From an uncultured virus (IMG/VR IMGVR_UViG_3300027971_000050) (taxonomy: Duplodnaviria > Heunggongvirae > Uroviricota > Caudoviricetes): DNA of 64,000 bases. Each line of letters begins with the position of its first letter. Position 1 is the stretch's first letter. The DNA lies in IMG/VR virus record IMGVR_UViG_3300027971_000050, one strand, 5' to 3'. The position numbers and the translations under genes were made by a program. Below are positions 45,901 to 51,978 of the stretch, in pieces. The notes beneath the pieces were generated by a model. The model was not told where the DNA came from. It made no database searches and saw nothing but the letters and a program-made list of their open reading frames with translations.

Positions 45901-46716
45901 AGCGCCTCTGACCCTACGGCCTAAAGCCAAATCCATAAAACCTTGCACCATAGCGCCAACAGCGCCACCATAGGCCGCAGATTCACCAACTTGTGCTAAC
46001 AGTTCTTGGTCTGGTTTATAAACGCCTTTGGCAATTAAATTTTGTGCAATTTGTTGAGCCGCTTCTTGAGCCGCCTCTTCACCACCAGCAACAAGGGCGC
46101 GTTTAACCAAAGCCACAGCACCCGCTTTAATAGGTTCAGCTACACGGCCAAGGATTCTGGCAGGAGTAAATAAATCAAAAGCGCCGGGGATATTGCCCAA
46201 TAAGGTAGCTCTTGATATTTGTTCTGGGGTTGCACCTGCTTGTTCCGCGCCAATACGCGCTTCACCTGCACCCGCGCCTAAACTTAAAGCTCCTGCACCA
46301 GCTACGCCTAAAGGCCCTGCGGCCATCAAAGGTACAAGCGGTAAGAATGACCCCACCCCTTCGCCCAACTTACGCCCTATTGTGTCTTCGTAACCGGGCG
46401 TTGCTTCAAATGGTTTTCTAGCTGCCGTTGCATATTCTTGAATTGCACGTCGAGTGGCACGTTCTTGTTCTTCTGGCAACAGCGCAGATATACCTGTACC
46501 AGCAGTTTCTAATAATCCAACACCGCCGGGCACAACGCCTTTAAAAAACTCTTTGGCTTGCCCACCAATTGTTGGTTCTTTTTTTTCTTCTTTAGGCTTT
46601 TGTGGTTGAAAAGCTTCGGGGTATTCCCGTATAGCACGCGCCCATGTTTCTTCGGGCGTTTCGCCCTCCCTGATAGTTACCGATGTGCCGTCTGGTAATG
46701 GGAGACTTTGTGCCAT
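36940..46716 (-). CDS. Giant polyvalent internal-virion/ejection protein (3258 aa) with zincin HEGTH, WCT-motif domain and LPD38-like C-terminus
   Basis: LLHEGTHAAT...SEFAAE; CAGTSWCTG...AVRM...EVRG; DDDAYKN...RFPVPFEIG; long coiled-coil regions. Confidence 0.75.
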   Translation of the reverse strand: MAQSLPLPDGTSVTIREGETPEETWARAIREYPEAFQPQKPKEEKKEPTIGGQAKEFFKGVVPGGVGLLETAGTGISALLPEEQERATRRAIQEYATAARKPFEATPGYEDTIGRKLGEGVGSFLPLVPLMAAGPLGVAGAGALSLGAGAGEARIGAEQAGATPEQISRATLLGNIPGAFDLFTPARILGRVAEPIKAGAVALVKRALVAGGEEAAQEAAQQIAQNLIAKGVYKPDQELLAQVGESAAYGGAVGAMVQGFMDLALGRRVRGAPPPPPKGPEAAAVPEPTLRGEQPEETAAGTEEAAILKEALAPKKKAAMDKQLAKEQQEYLKKYQTLAAQREADQAERERIAALSPEEFAAEQMQGIGKQPKVKPVDQDELAALGYQTQLPFVSGEVENYTRQQLALAKDREAAPNIGTYVSYLMVNPSMARQIAMSEQALPGLSVKQGHSVKSTLLTELEKQDRETAAAAEKAKQAGYERGRTLLEQQGAQTNQDLLSAARQAPGYPAKEWERVERERVATKEQAEQNRIAKLTPEEYKAELRQVKQETLPEGEEPALTDENDPLIAQLMKTLPTDQGRIVPGQVYEGLGATRGKLKDLQLQLAIARMTSNTLTAKRLQAELDDQRKSLKEPIEKTATGEKSAGLPNITPESGAKQVEADKFADAQRSIMLGLVKTLNTRNPLNPSQTRRSATLSLPGVFDKRVSDAKEAFVEAHTNEIEARRAVFGLPPMANWERAEARARSLEALNELEKRWNTFGAPVEAIQVLQQQVRDATNENLLNAAKRFNTEKQAENREKLTKPGQKYTSYKGETIEVPQEKGPQVAAPKELKLKGTPRIPTDDKAAALKFIETVLRSVERRIRGVPVSGEKAPTRVGSMDDIAKLFEKEKTNGASEKTDPATVELLHRLRDHLETSTDPEFISLAREQAQQVMEGNLPNPFAVRDLNEMMLGRAVSGRSAAPPLSAEDTAAVVRGEKKYEAQPQKELFPEAGVQVVRATPQNFQKMLDSKDIQGMRDVLTKQKEENTAALELIKKYIPSLQKELQSATTALNNALAKKETLTKSAAETLQEPTWYAPAVRKIVELESALQAIPPRLEYLRSIQRAIKGLNAEERASLLQLTEEAKTTPGISKKDAEEFNEIVKALQSPEAFNAEIKTLNDAVKNAAGLIDNARNALDNLMVKYQKGAVMRGSIERAADKATQQVERLTEKYNALKRQVAQERVAREEKVKAETTPEELKATPRAEYETAAQRGREGMGLPGVRAEKDTMRMRENMHKIRSEIGSLNEELSKAEKKNDTDRIEEIETKIADAEARLASVYRDAPLNVKELLTPEEELLHRLAAADRAAAEDAAAAAKSRKRKGEAAPKLVPIEQTALLKEVRGSKVIQPYKTARIAEVAEKVTDRLVKQKTELAELQRRIAYLKDNNKHKVSGRLTDTFKDLQSKEALLKEKLKSTQATQRKVVSVEKTAETLANKEAQKQALSQSKASEKASERFARGVEVESPDLTATQRRSIENNDAVAAYADIANDVSASKVNRAVAQRLAEMLAGTNIRIQDKVVDRDGKEVLGSATNKQIILNRNGGLTQEILLHEGTHAATERVLQMDESKLTRTQLIAKRELMALHKAIQNDSRITSVSAKESLSEFAAEVLSNRNLQEQLREKKWKLSNAWAGFKSIVLRLLGIDHPETMLGAALQSVDALMVPSNVKLDVKERAVNRRLSQKDIAALHDGSNSMKQFADQFGQDIKVKDRTPEDVERIAKDYLLDMLRNTKNYVAAPYTLRDLMRKNAVLTKEQETAIDKIKELRNQLAKDEAAYRDGEPYDEDSEHFKEITKQLEKQQLEIDVLETKVGSLDYLSDTRMSDGKQYDENNPLHYVEADAQTFASLKAQSDGFLRDREARAIRDKREQDLIGLVDLLSSNPSYTLAENALVAKAASKFAVVSDKSGRLKVASIANNNRNGVAVVSLDAADAVIRELRAGKNLKEAFLDGMQASADRAIKENSHKEGWQKFNQTERGETAQSLTALYTDEEINEAWGQTGYDTADPDELVEMLIADGLLPDRRVKNTDFEKAAVELNKACAGTSWCTGRDENYARDHIAGGDFYVYYKQGRPEVAVRMAGKNEIKEVRGNTQDQALNKEQQEIAETFLTKNNFTDSDKYLSQFKIKQKAVEIAKGNAEFTPEDLINSGIVRFNKVNVAALLDFNLIDGYGGLRGSPTEEVKKFFENKITKVIEDAYADGHFIGARLTVDENGVSAIKLNGTEYTPKLDEVKTAKSVSFSGVAETVELPNLKNVEALSVHGSDFYKLDVRLPKVTHLQFIKAFGEGVDNSTITLAPNAIVDLVSGITRDSHITIKNATVVKDVESPHDQKLYLKLPDTKYVPLDDAEGRFVIYAPNHVADKPPIEEMVERDAEEPRYARAQAKGFEDELNVASQVIAKPKTVGQQIKANLGLGFRTQYLDRLAPLHQVAKDMLEPLKGMQMMHYLLASDQRMSYVQQAVGNGVPQRVAYKRPDGRTEYIVESVGGANLANVVRTLAKAPGMNGEAANQLFTLYLLGKRADRVGYDKLNFSVDANLIKQSVRNIESNDKLRDVFEEARTEYNKYNKDLMHFLKDTGVLPPSVADELAATNDYIPYYREQNGNAELVIGKEGVYRIGNLADQPQLRELIGGEDKILDFATSSVQNTSMIMDVGLRNLAAKNAMFELVGLDLAHFLGKDTAAPNVVRFKDKGEEKFVRVDTDAVGIPADLLVKGMEGIPVSTNALVKVMGFASGVVRKGVMLNPLYPVKQILRDSVAAPLLAGADFAGPLGALRALGNSATKQKLEARAITGGQVYTGTNEDLSRILKDLMGGRMGLSQFVAKAEAIAMEADAATRRAQYDSYIRQGLSQMEATVMALESMNFNKRGLSPSMHLAATMIPFFNSQLQSLDVLWRAASGQLPMSQRLDIQGKLLRRGSLVMATAVAYALMMQDDDAYKNARPDEKYGNFFIRIPGLDEPIRFPVPFEIGYILKGIPEAIVNTMVSKHGGEEAMEAFKHIAIQTIPGGSSMLMPALVKPMIENATNYSFFGQRELETQREQKLLPQQRFRDNTSELAKELGAMAGYSPIKIDNLIRGYTGTMGLAAAQAVSFAMPEKLGPQEATKRLSDTPVIGSMFQPNDAGGIINATYDRMEHIMEVKRTYDDMIKKGETAEARAFLQENVNEIASASVAGNARTQLTKITQAMNAVKASNMSPDEKRATLDRLQKIRIKIADTMRGVLDKTAPQ

Positions 46717-46781
46717 AGCTTTACTTTTAAAAGTTGAGAAACCTTGACGGGACTTTGCGCCAAGATGTTTTGATTATGCCA

Positions 46782-48809
46782 TTAACTGCGCGTTCCTGCA
46801 CCTTCTTGCATTTGTGGAATAGCACCGCCTAAAACTTTGTTGCGTAAGGCGTTATACAACACAGGATCTGTTTCTTTGAGCACCACTCCGGCCTCTTTCA
46901 AGAAAGCCAGTGCCTCTTGTGCGCTTGCTTTTGGATCGGCTTTTGCTTGCGCAATCTGTCTGAGCAACTTCATGTTGTTGGGGTCTCGCGCCCATTCCAA
47001 TGTTTGAATTTCAGAAGCTGGCATAGTGTAGTGCTTGCCCATTGCTTCGCGGTAAGCAGCTTCGGACTTGGCTTTTTCTTCCGCTTGCATCATTCCCAAC
47101 GTACCCAAACCTGCTTGACCAACACCAGAAATAGCGTTGGGGTCTTTGCTGGCCATCAAATTCAATCCCATCTTAATCATGAGATCGTTAAAATCTATGC
47201 CGCCCTTTTTAGGAGCTTCAGCTTTTGGCAACAAATTTTCTAACCCTGCTGTTTTGGTAGCTTCTACCGGTAAAGTGCCGCCGTAAGTTGGATCAAAAAC
47301 ACTTTCGCTTATTCTGTCGTTAGGTGTCAAAGCAGCTACTTGATTGGCAGTTAAGTTAGGAATACCACCTGTTTTATCTATGGCTTGCATACCTGCCAGA
47401 CCTTGAGCAGCACCGGTCATTTTAGATTGATTTAATATGGCAGCATCTTGGGCGGCAGCAATTTCTTTGGCTGTCTTGTCAGCAATATTGGTTGTTTTAG
47501 TAGCGGCTTCAACAGACTGTTGAGCGCCCACTGCGGCTTTGCGATCTTCTTCAAGTTGTCGCATCCGCCTTGCATTTTCAGCAGCAGCGCGGGTAGCCGC
47601 AGACGTTTCATCAAGCGCTTCTAGCCCGGCTTTAGCTGGCGGCAATAGTCGCGGTGTGGAGGCAACTTGCGCAGCTTGTTCGGCTTTTTGAATCATCTCT
47701 GCCGTAGGCTCAAGCCCTTTGGAAACAGTTGCAGCCGCACGGTTAACGCCGCCAATAGGTGCAGTAAACCCGCTTGTTGCGTTCAGTGTGTTGGAGATAT
47801 TGCGTTGAACTTCTTGGGGGATTTCCAATCTGTCAGCTAACCCACCAAAGTAAGTGTTTTCATCTTTGTATGTTGGCGCTTTAGCTGTTTGACCGGGAAT
47901 TTGGTTTAACAACGCTTGGCGCTTTTGCTCGTCCAATGTAGGCAAGCCTGCTTCAACAGCTTTTCCGGGCATAACATTTTTAGGCAAAAAACTTTTCATA
48001 CGGTTTGCTACATCGCTACCATACTGCAGTGTTGTTTGCCCCATGTCTTCAAGTGCTGCTACGCTTTGACCTTTTTTGGCTTTATTAAAACCATTCGGCC
48101 CACCATAATAGTAAGTGCTTGCCAACGCAGGGTCGCCCCCTGATTTTTCCCAACCAGTAGAAGCGTAGCGAATACCGGCACGCATGTTGTCATACGGATC
48201 ATTGCGGTCTTTTAATTCATCGCCTTTTTTGGAAACATCTTTCCACGCACCTTCAGTTACTTGCATAGGGCCAGATGCGCCCGAATCTTTACGGGTAGGT
48301 GCTTTGAGTGCTTGGTTTGATTCTTTATCGTGAATGGATTTTAAAAACGCACGTTGGCGGGGATCTTTAATACCTTCAGCATCAAGTGCTTTCTCAAACG
48401 TTTCAGGGCCACCTTCAAACTCGTATCCTCGTAGTTCTTTGTATTTTTTCTTTAATCCCGTAAATACACCTTCAGCGTAGCCCGGCACTTGACCACCATC
48501 ATCAAACGCAACGATACCGCCACCAGCCATGCCTTGCATGTTTTGGGCGGGGAGCTGACCAATACCACTGTCTTCCGGCAATGCTTGCTGTTGGGGTGCA
48601 AACATCTGTGCAATATCTTGGTCAACCACTTTAGGCTGCGGCATAGCGCCAGCACCCTGAGCACCCATGCGCATTTGCTTGCGGCGGTTAGCTTCGGACA
48701 AAGCCAATGTCACGGTATAAGGATCGTTTTTGTGCATTGCAGCATATTGTTGCAATGCGTGGTCTGGCATCTTGGCCAGTTCCGATGTGATCTGGTTGAC
48801 GTTAATCAT
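46782..48809 (-). CDS. Internal virion protein with lytic transglycosylase (SLT-like) domain
   Basis: KESN...GASGPMQV...W...NMRAGIRY...YYGG. Confidence 0.75.
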   Translation of the reverse strand: MINVNQITSELAKMPDHALQQYAAMHKNDPYTVTLALSEANRRKQMRMGAQGAGAMPQPKVVDQDIAQMFAPQQQALPEDSGIGQLPAQNMQGMAGGGIVAFDDGGQVPGYAEGVFTGLKKKYKELRGYEFEGGPETFEKALDAEGIKDPRQRAFLKSIHDKESNQALKAPTRKDSGASGPMQVTEGAWKDVSKKGDELKDRNDPYDNMRAGIRYASTGWEKSGGDPALASTYYYGGPNGFNKAKKGQSVAALEDMGQTTLQYGSDVANRMKSFLPKNVMPGKAVEAGLPTLDEQKRQALLNQIPGQTAKAPTYKDENTYFGGLADRLEIPQEVQRNISNTLNATSGFTAPIGGVNRAAATVSKGLEPTAEMIQKAEQAAQVASTPRLLPPAKAGLEALDETSAATRAAAENARRMRQLEEDRKAAVGAQQSVEAATKTTNIADKTAKEIAAAQDAAILNQSKMTGAAQGLAGMQAIDKTGGIPNLTANQVAALTPNDRISESVFDPTYGGTLPVEATKTAGLENLLPKAEAPKKGGIDFNDLMIKMGLNLMASKDPNAISGVGQAGLGTLGMMQAEEKAKSEAAYREAMGKHYTMPASEIQTLEWARDPNNMKLLRQIAQAKADPKASAQEALAFLKEAGVVLKETDPVLYNALRNKVLGGAIPQMQEGAGTRS

Positions 48810-48818
48810 GGATATTCC

Positions 48819-49784
48819 TTACTGCATTTTCATCAGTGCCAACTCAGCCAAACCTGCTGGGCGTTTTTCTTTTACTTGACCACCTTTTGCAGCGCCCAGC
48901 TTTCCAGCAATACCCGCCGTGGTCAAACCCAAACCGCCAAGCTGTGTCAGAGGGTTGGGAGCCGCTTGGTATCCTTGAACTGTGGTGGACTGCATTGGCA
49001 AGCCGCGCAGTAAGTTATTCATGTTGGCCAACTGCATCATCGGGTACTGCTGCTGCGTAGCATAGTTCTGAATCTGCTGGTTAATCTTTGACTGTTCAAG
49101 CTGTTGCTGTTGACCGCCCAGTTGATTTTGTAAACCAATCAAGCCTGTCTGTTGGCCAAACCCCGTGTTGTACTGGTTCTGGGCGCTGTTAAATGCGTTT
49201 TGCATACCTTGCGACACGATGTCGCCTTGCAGTTGGCCAAGGTTGCGCTCACGTTCCGCACGCATGATTGCGTCGCGTCCACCACCAAATGCCCCAGCTT
49301 GTGTTGCCTGTGCTTGCTGTTGTTGACCTTGAATGTCAGAACTCCGCGCTGCTTCACGCAACTGAGGTTGCAGTGCTTGCTGGATAAATGGCGACATGTA
49401 TGCGCCAACATCTTGTTGAAACCCTTGTGGCCCTGCTTGCATACCCTGCGCAGACTGCATAGCGTTTTGCTGCATAGGTGAAAACCCTGCTATATAAGCA
49501 TTTGGGTCTTGGCTATACGGCGTGTACGGCTTCATAGTCGTAGGTTCGCCTTGGTCGTTGTAGTTATATATTTGCTGCTGGGCAGTGCCCAACATAGTCT
49601 CTACATACGGCTGTGCATACTCAGGAATATTTGTTGAGTACGTTGTATTTTGTGTTGGTGCGGGTGATCCGCCGTCGCTTCCGCCTCCGCCATAGATTAC
49701 GCGACCGCCTTCTTTGCGTGTGACACTTTCGCCAAGGAATTCACCCAAAGCATAAAGCTCGCGGCGTGAGTATTGCGTTTTCAT
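48819..49784 (-). CDS. Q/G-rich internal virion (ejection/pilot) protein
   Basis: YMSPFIQQ, AGAFGGGR motifs; Q-rich helices. Confidence 0.65.
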   Translation of the reverse strand: MKTQYSRRELYALGEFLGESVTRKEGGRVIYGGGGSDGGSPAPTQNTTYSTNIPEYAQPYVETMLGTAQQQIYNYNDQGEPTTMKPYTPYSQDPNAYIAGFSPMQQNAMQSAQGMQAGPQGFQQDVGAYMSPFIQQALQPQLREAARSSDIQGQQQQAQATQAGAFGGGRDAIMRAERERNLGQLQGDIVSQGMQNAFNSAQNQYNTGFGQQTGLIGLQNQLGGQQQQLEQSKINQQIQNYATQQQYPMMQLANMNNLLRGLPMQSTTVQGYQAAPNPLTQLGGLGLTTAGIAGKLGAAKGGQVKEKRPAGLAELALMKMQ

Positions 49785-50188
49785 ATCTTCACCTCTACTA
49801 TTGCATAGCGTTCTACGAAGTCAAATTTCTTTGCAAACCTTGCCATAGCGGGTCGCACAGCGCCTTGGATCTTGGTAGCGCCAAAACCTTTTAGGACGGC
49901 TTTCAGTTTCTCCATCATGTCGTCACTGGTAATCAAGTTCCCACCCATCGTAGTAATAAACGCTATCCTATCGTTTGGGTAGTTCTGAAAAGTCACGGTT
50001 GCCGCGCCTTGGATTTTATTGTTCTCGTCCACTGCTACCAACAATGTCCACAAGTTCTTTGCCAAATAAACTTTTATCTGGTCTGTGTTGTAGTCCCCGC
50101 CCCCAAACTTTTCAGCCGAAGCTATATACGACTCCACCAACGGCCAAGTCTGCGCTACATACTCAACGGGGACGTGTTGAACAATCAT
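49781..50188 (-). CDS. GNAT-like virion-module protein (putative)
   Basis: 135 aa, alpha/beta pattern, position between tail and ejection genes. Confidence 0.45.
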   Translation of the reverse strand: MIVQHVPVEYVAQTWPLVESYIASAEKFGGGDYNTDQIKVYLAKNLWTLLVAVDENNKIQGAATVTFQNYPNDRIAFITTMGGNLITSDDMMEKLKAVLKGFGATKIQGAVRPAMARFAKKFDFVERYAIVEVKI

Positions 50189-51288
50189 ACGGGCATGTAC
50201 TTATCTGCTTTGATCTGCTTGCCTTGTTTCTTGTTGCCTGTTCGTGCTTGACGAACTCTGTCCATCATCTTGTACAACTGTTTGGCACCTGCTTCAGACG
50301 AGCCATTACCGAGGTGGGAAACCACGTCGGCAGGAACTACAAATTCTTCGTTGGCCAAACGTGCAGGTTGTTTATTAGCTATTGTCGCAGGAATATCGTC
50401 AGACATACCATCTCCGGGGCCTTTGAGCATGCGCCCACCATCAGAGTAACCGCCCAGATCAGCCAAACCGCCGTGCGCATAGCTTGTATATACAGGACGA
50501 TATGGGTTTGCTGGAGGCTGCGCTACGTAGGGCGTGTAAGAAGATGGGTTGTAATGGAACTTGCTCAGAGGGCCAGAGTATTTTTCTGCGGCTGGAACGC
50601 CTTGTTTTTTACCAAAAAGTGCGTTTGCACCAAGCAAACCAGCGCCGCCGTAAAGTGCTTGTTTTTCTACAGGCAGATCTGAGAATTTGCCAGCAGCCCC
50701 TTTAATCATATTAAAAAGATTACTTAAACCGCCGGTTGTGGGTGCAGTTGTTCCTGCGCCTTCCATTGTCATGGCCGATGGTAGATTGGGTGTTGGTGTT
50801 TGGGTCAGTTGATATGGCGCGTCGATGGCCGAGCCTGCTTGCACATTGGATGCAATCTCTCCTGCGGGTGGCATAACCGTACCACTAACATCGGCCACAG
50901 TGTTATGCAAAAAGTTGTATTGCGCTTCGGTCATTGGTTGCGCAAGCTGAGTTGCGCCGGGTTGCGCTGATAAAACGGCTTGTTGCGTTTGCGCCAAAGC
51001 TTCTGGAGCCGCTGTTGCCAAATTTTCAGCCAACGTAGGTACGGCGCTTTGTGCAGTTCCGGCCAACGAACCAAGCCCTTCACCTGTCAATCCAGTAAGC
51101 CCAGTCAAACCTTCCATACCGCCCAAACTGCCAAGGCCGGAAAAAGCAGCTTCTGTACCAAACTCAGAACCTAAAGTGCCAAGTAATTCAGGAGCCAGTA
51201 ATTCAGGAGCCAGTACTTCAGAAGCAAGCGCAGTAGTACCTACTTCAGCAGCACCAGCTTCAAGTAAAAGAGGTTCAAATCCAGACAT
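50185..51288 (-). CDS. Internal virion protein
   Basis: Low-complexity N-terminus; C-terminal GPGDGMSDDIPA...ARLANEEFVVPADVV motif. Confidence 0.6.
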   Translation of the reverse strand: MSGFEPLLLEAGAAEVGTTALASEVLAPELLAPELLGTLGSEFGTEAAFSGLGSLGGMEGLTGLTGLTGEGLGSLAGTAQSAVPTLAENLATAAPEALAQTQQAVLSAQPGATQLAQPMTEAQYNFLHNTVADVSGTVMPPAGEIASNVQAGSAIDAPYQLTQTPTPNLPSAMTMEGAGTTAPTTGGLSNLFNMIKGAAGKFSDLPVEKQALYGGAGLLGANALFGKKQGVPAAEKYSGPLSKFHYNPSSYTPYVAQPPANPYRPVYTSYAHGGLADLGGYSDGGRMLKGPGDGMSDDIPATIANKQPARLANEEFVVPADVVSHLGNGSSEAGAKQLYKMMDRVRQARTGNKKQGKQIKADKYMPV

Positions 51289-51315
51289 AATTACCTCGCA
51301 GTTTGGGGATAGTGG

Positions 51316-51344
51316 ACTTTATCATGTTGGAAGCCTTGAGACAA
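51316..51344 (-). promoter_or_regulatory. Internal promoter TTGTCT-N17-TAAAGT with extended -10, ahead of the ejection-protein genes
   Basis: Minus strand TTGTCT caaggcttccaacatga TAAAGT. Confidence 0.45.
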
Positions 51345-51978
51345 ATGAAAGTGTTGCTACGACAGACTGGGTGGCTGGTTTGGTTGGCGATGCAGACGCG
51401 GGATAATATTGAATAGAAACATTCGCGCTAGTAGTTGACCAGTAGATTTCTATGTATTGCCCAACCGTCATGCTTACAAAGTAGTTCCATCCATAAATAC
51501 CGTGAAACGGGTCGCCCGGGCTTTTTCTAGCAGGCATACCTATTTTACCTGTAGAGCCAGCAATGTCTACGCCGTTTTGTTTAAGCCAAATATAAACATC
51601 TTGGGATGCGCTATCTGCATTTTTTAATTGAACGCTAAATTGAAGGTTGTATATACCCGCGTTGGCTACAGTAATTTTGGATGAGGATATAGATACACCA
51701 TTAGAAAAATCTGTGGTATCCAACGTCATCAAGGTGGCTGTGTTGGCTGTTGTAGTTTGATCTACCCCGCTTGAAAAAGCACCATAAGGAAACTTTAAAT
51801 ACTTGCCGCCAGTTGTCCCAAGCAAAGAACCGAACGCATTGTCCAGTTGATTGAAGTACAAGCGCAAAATATTTTCAAACTGATCTTGGAACTGACGCTC
51901 ATACTCAGTCGGGGCAAGCGGCAAATTAGGCGCTACCGGATTGGTAAAGTCAAGTGTTTTTGGATCAAAGGCAGCCAT
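51322..51978 (-). CDS. Tail-associated structural protein with C1q-like C-terminus
   Basis: LRLYFNQLD; GAF...AGIYNLQFS...IWLKQNG. Confidence 0.6.
   Translation of the reverse strand: MAAFDPKTLDFTNPVAPNLPLAPTEYERQFQDQFENILRLYFNQLDNAFGSLLGTTGGKYLKFPYGAFSSGVDQTTTANTATLMTLDTTDFSNGVSISSSKITVANAGIYNLQFSVQLKNADSASQDVYIWLKQNGVDIAGSTGKIGMPARKSPGDPFHGIYGWNYFVSMTVGQYIEIYWSTTSANVSIQYYPASASPTKPATQSVVATLSFVSRLPT

Noticed and set aside
37219..46421. Numerous plus-strand ORFs opposite the giant gene, and similar shadow ORFs elsewhere
   Set aside because: Antisense or alternate-frame shadows of long genes, with no RBS or recognisable motifs.
36940..46716. N4-like or crAss-like virion RNA polymerase
   Set aside because: Size is similar, but I found no DxDGD or T7-type polymerase motifs; the visible motifs fit a polyvalent protein. 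A structure search would be needed to exclude it fully.
51184..51228. 15-bp tandem repeat (LAPEL x2) as a contingency locus
   Set aside because: In-frame, only two exact copies, within a low-complexity N-terminus.
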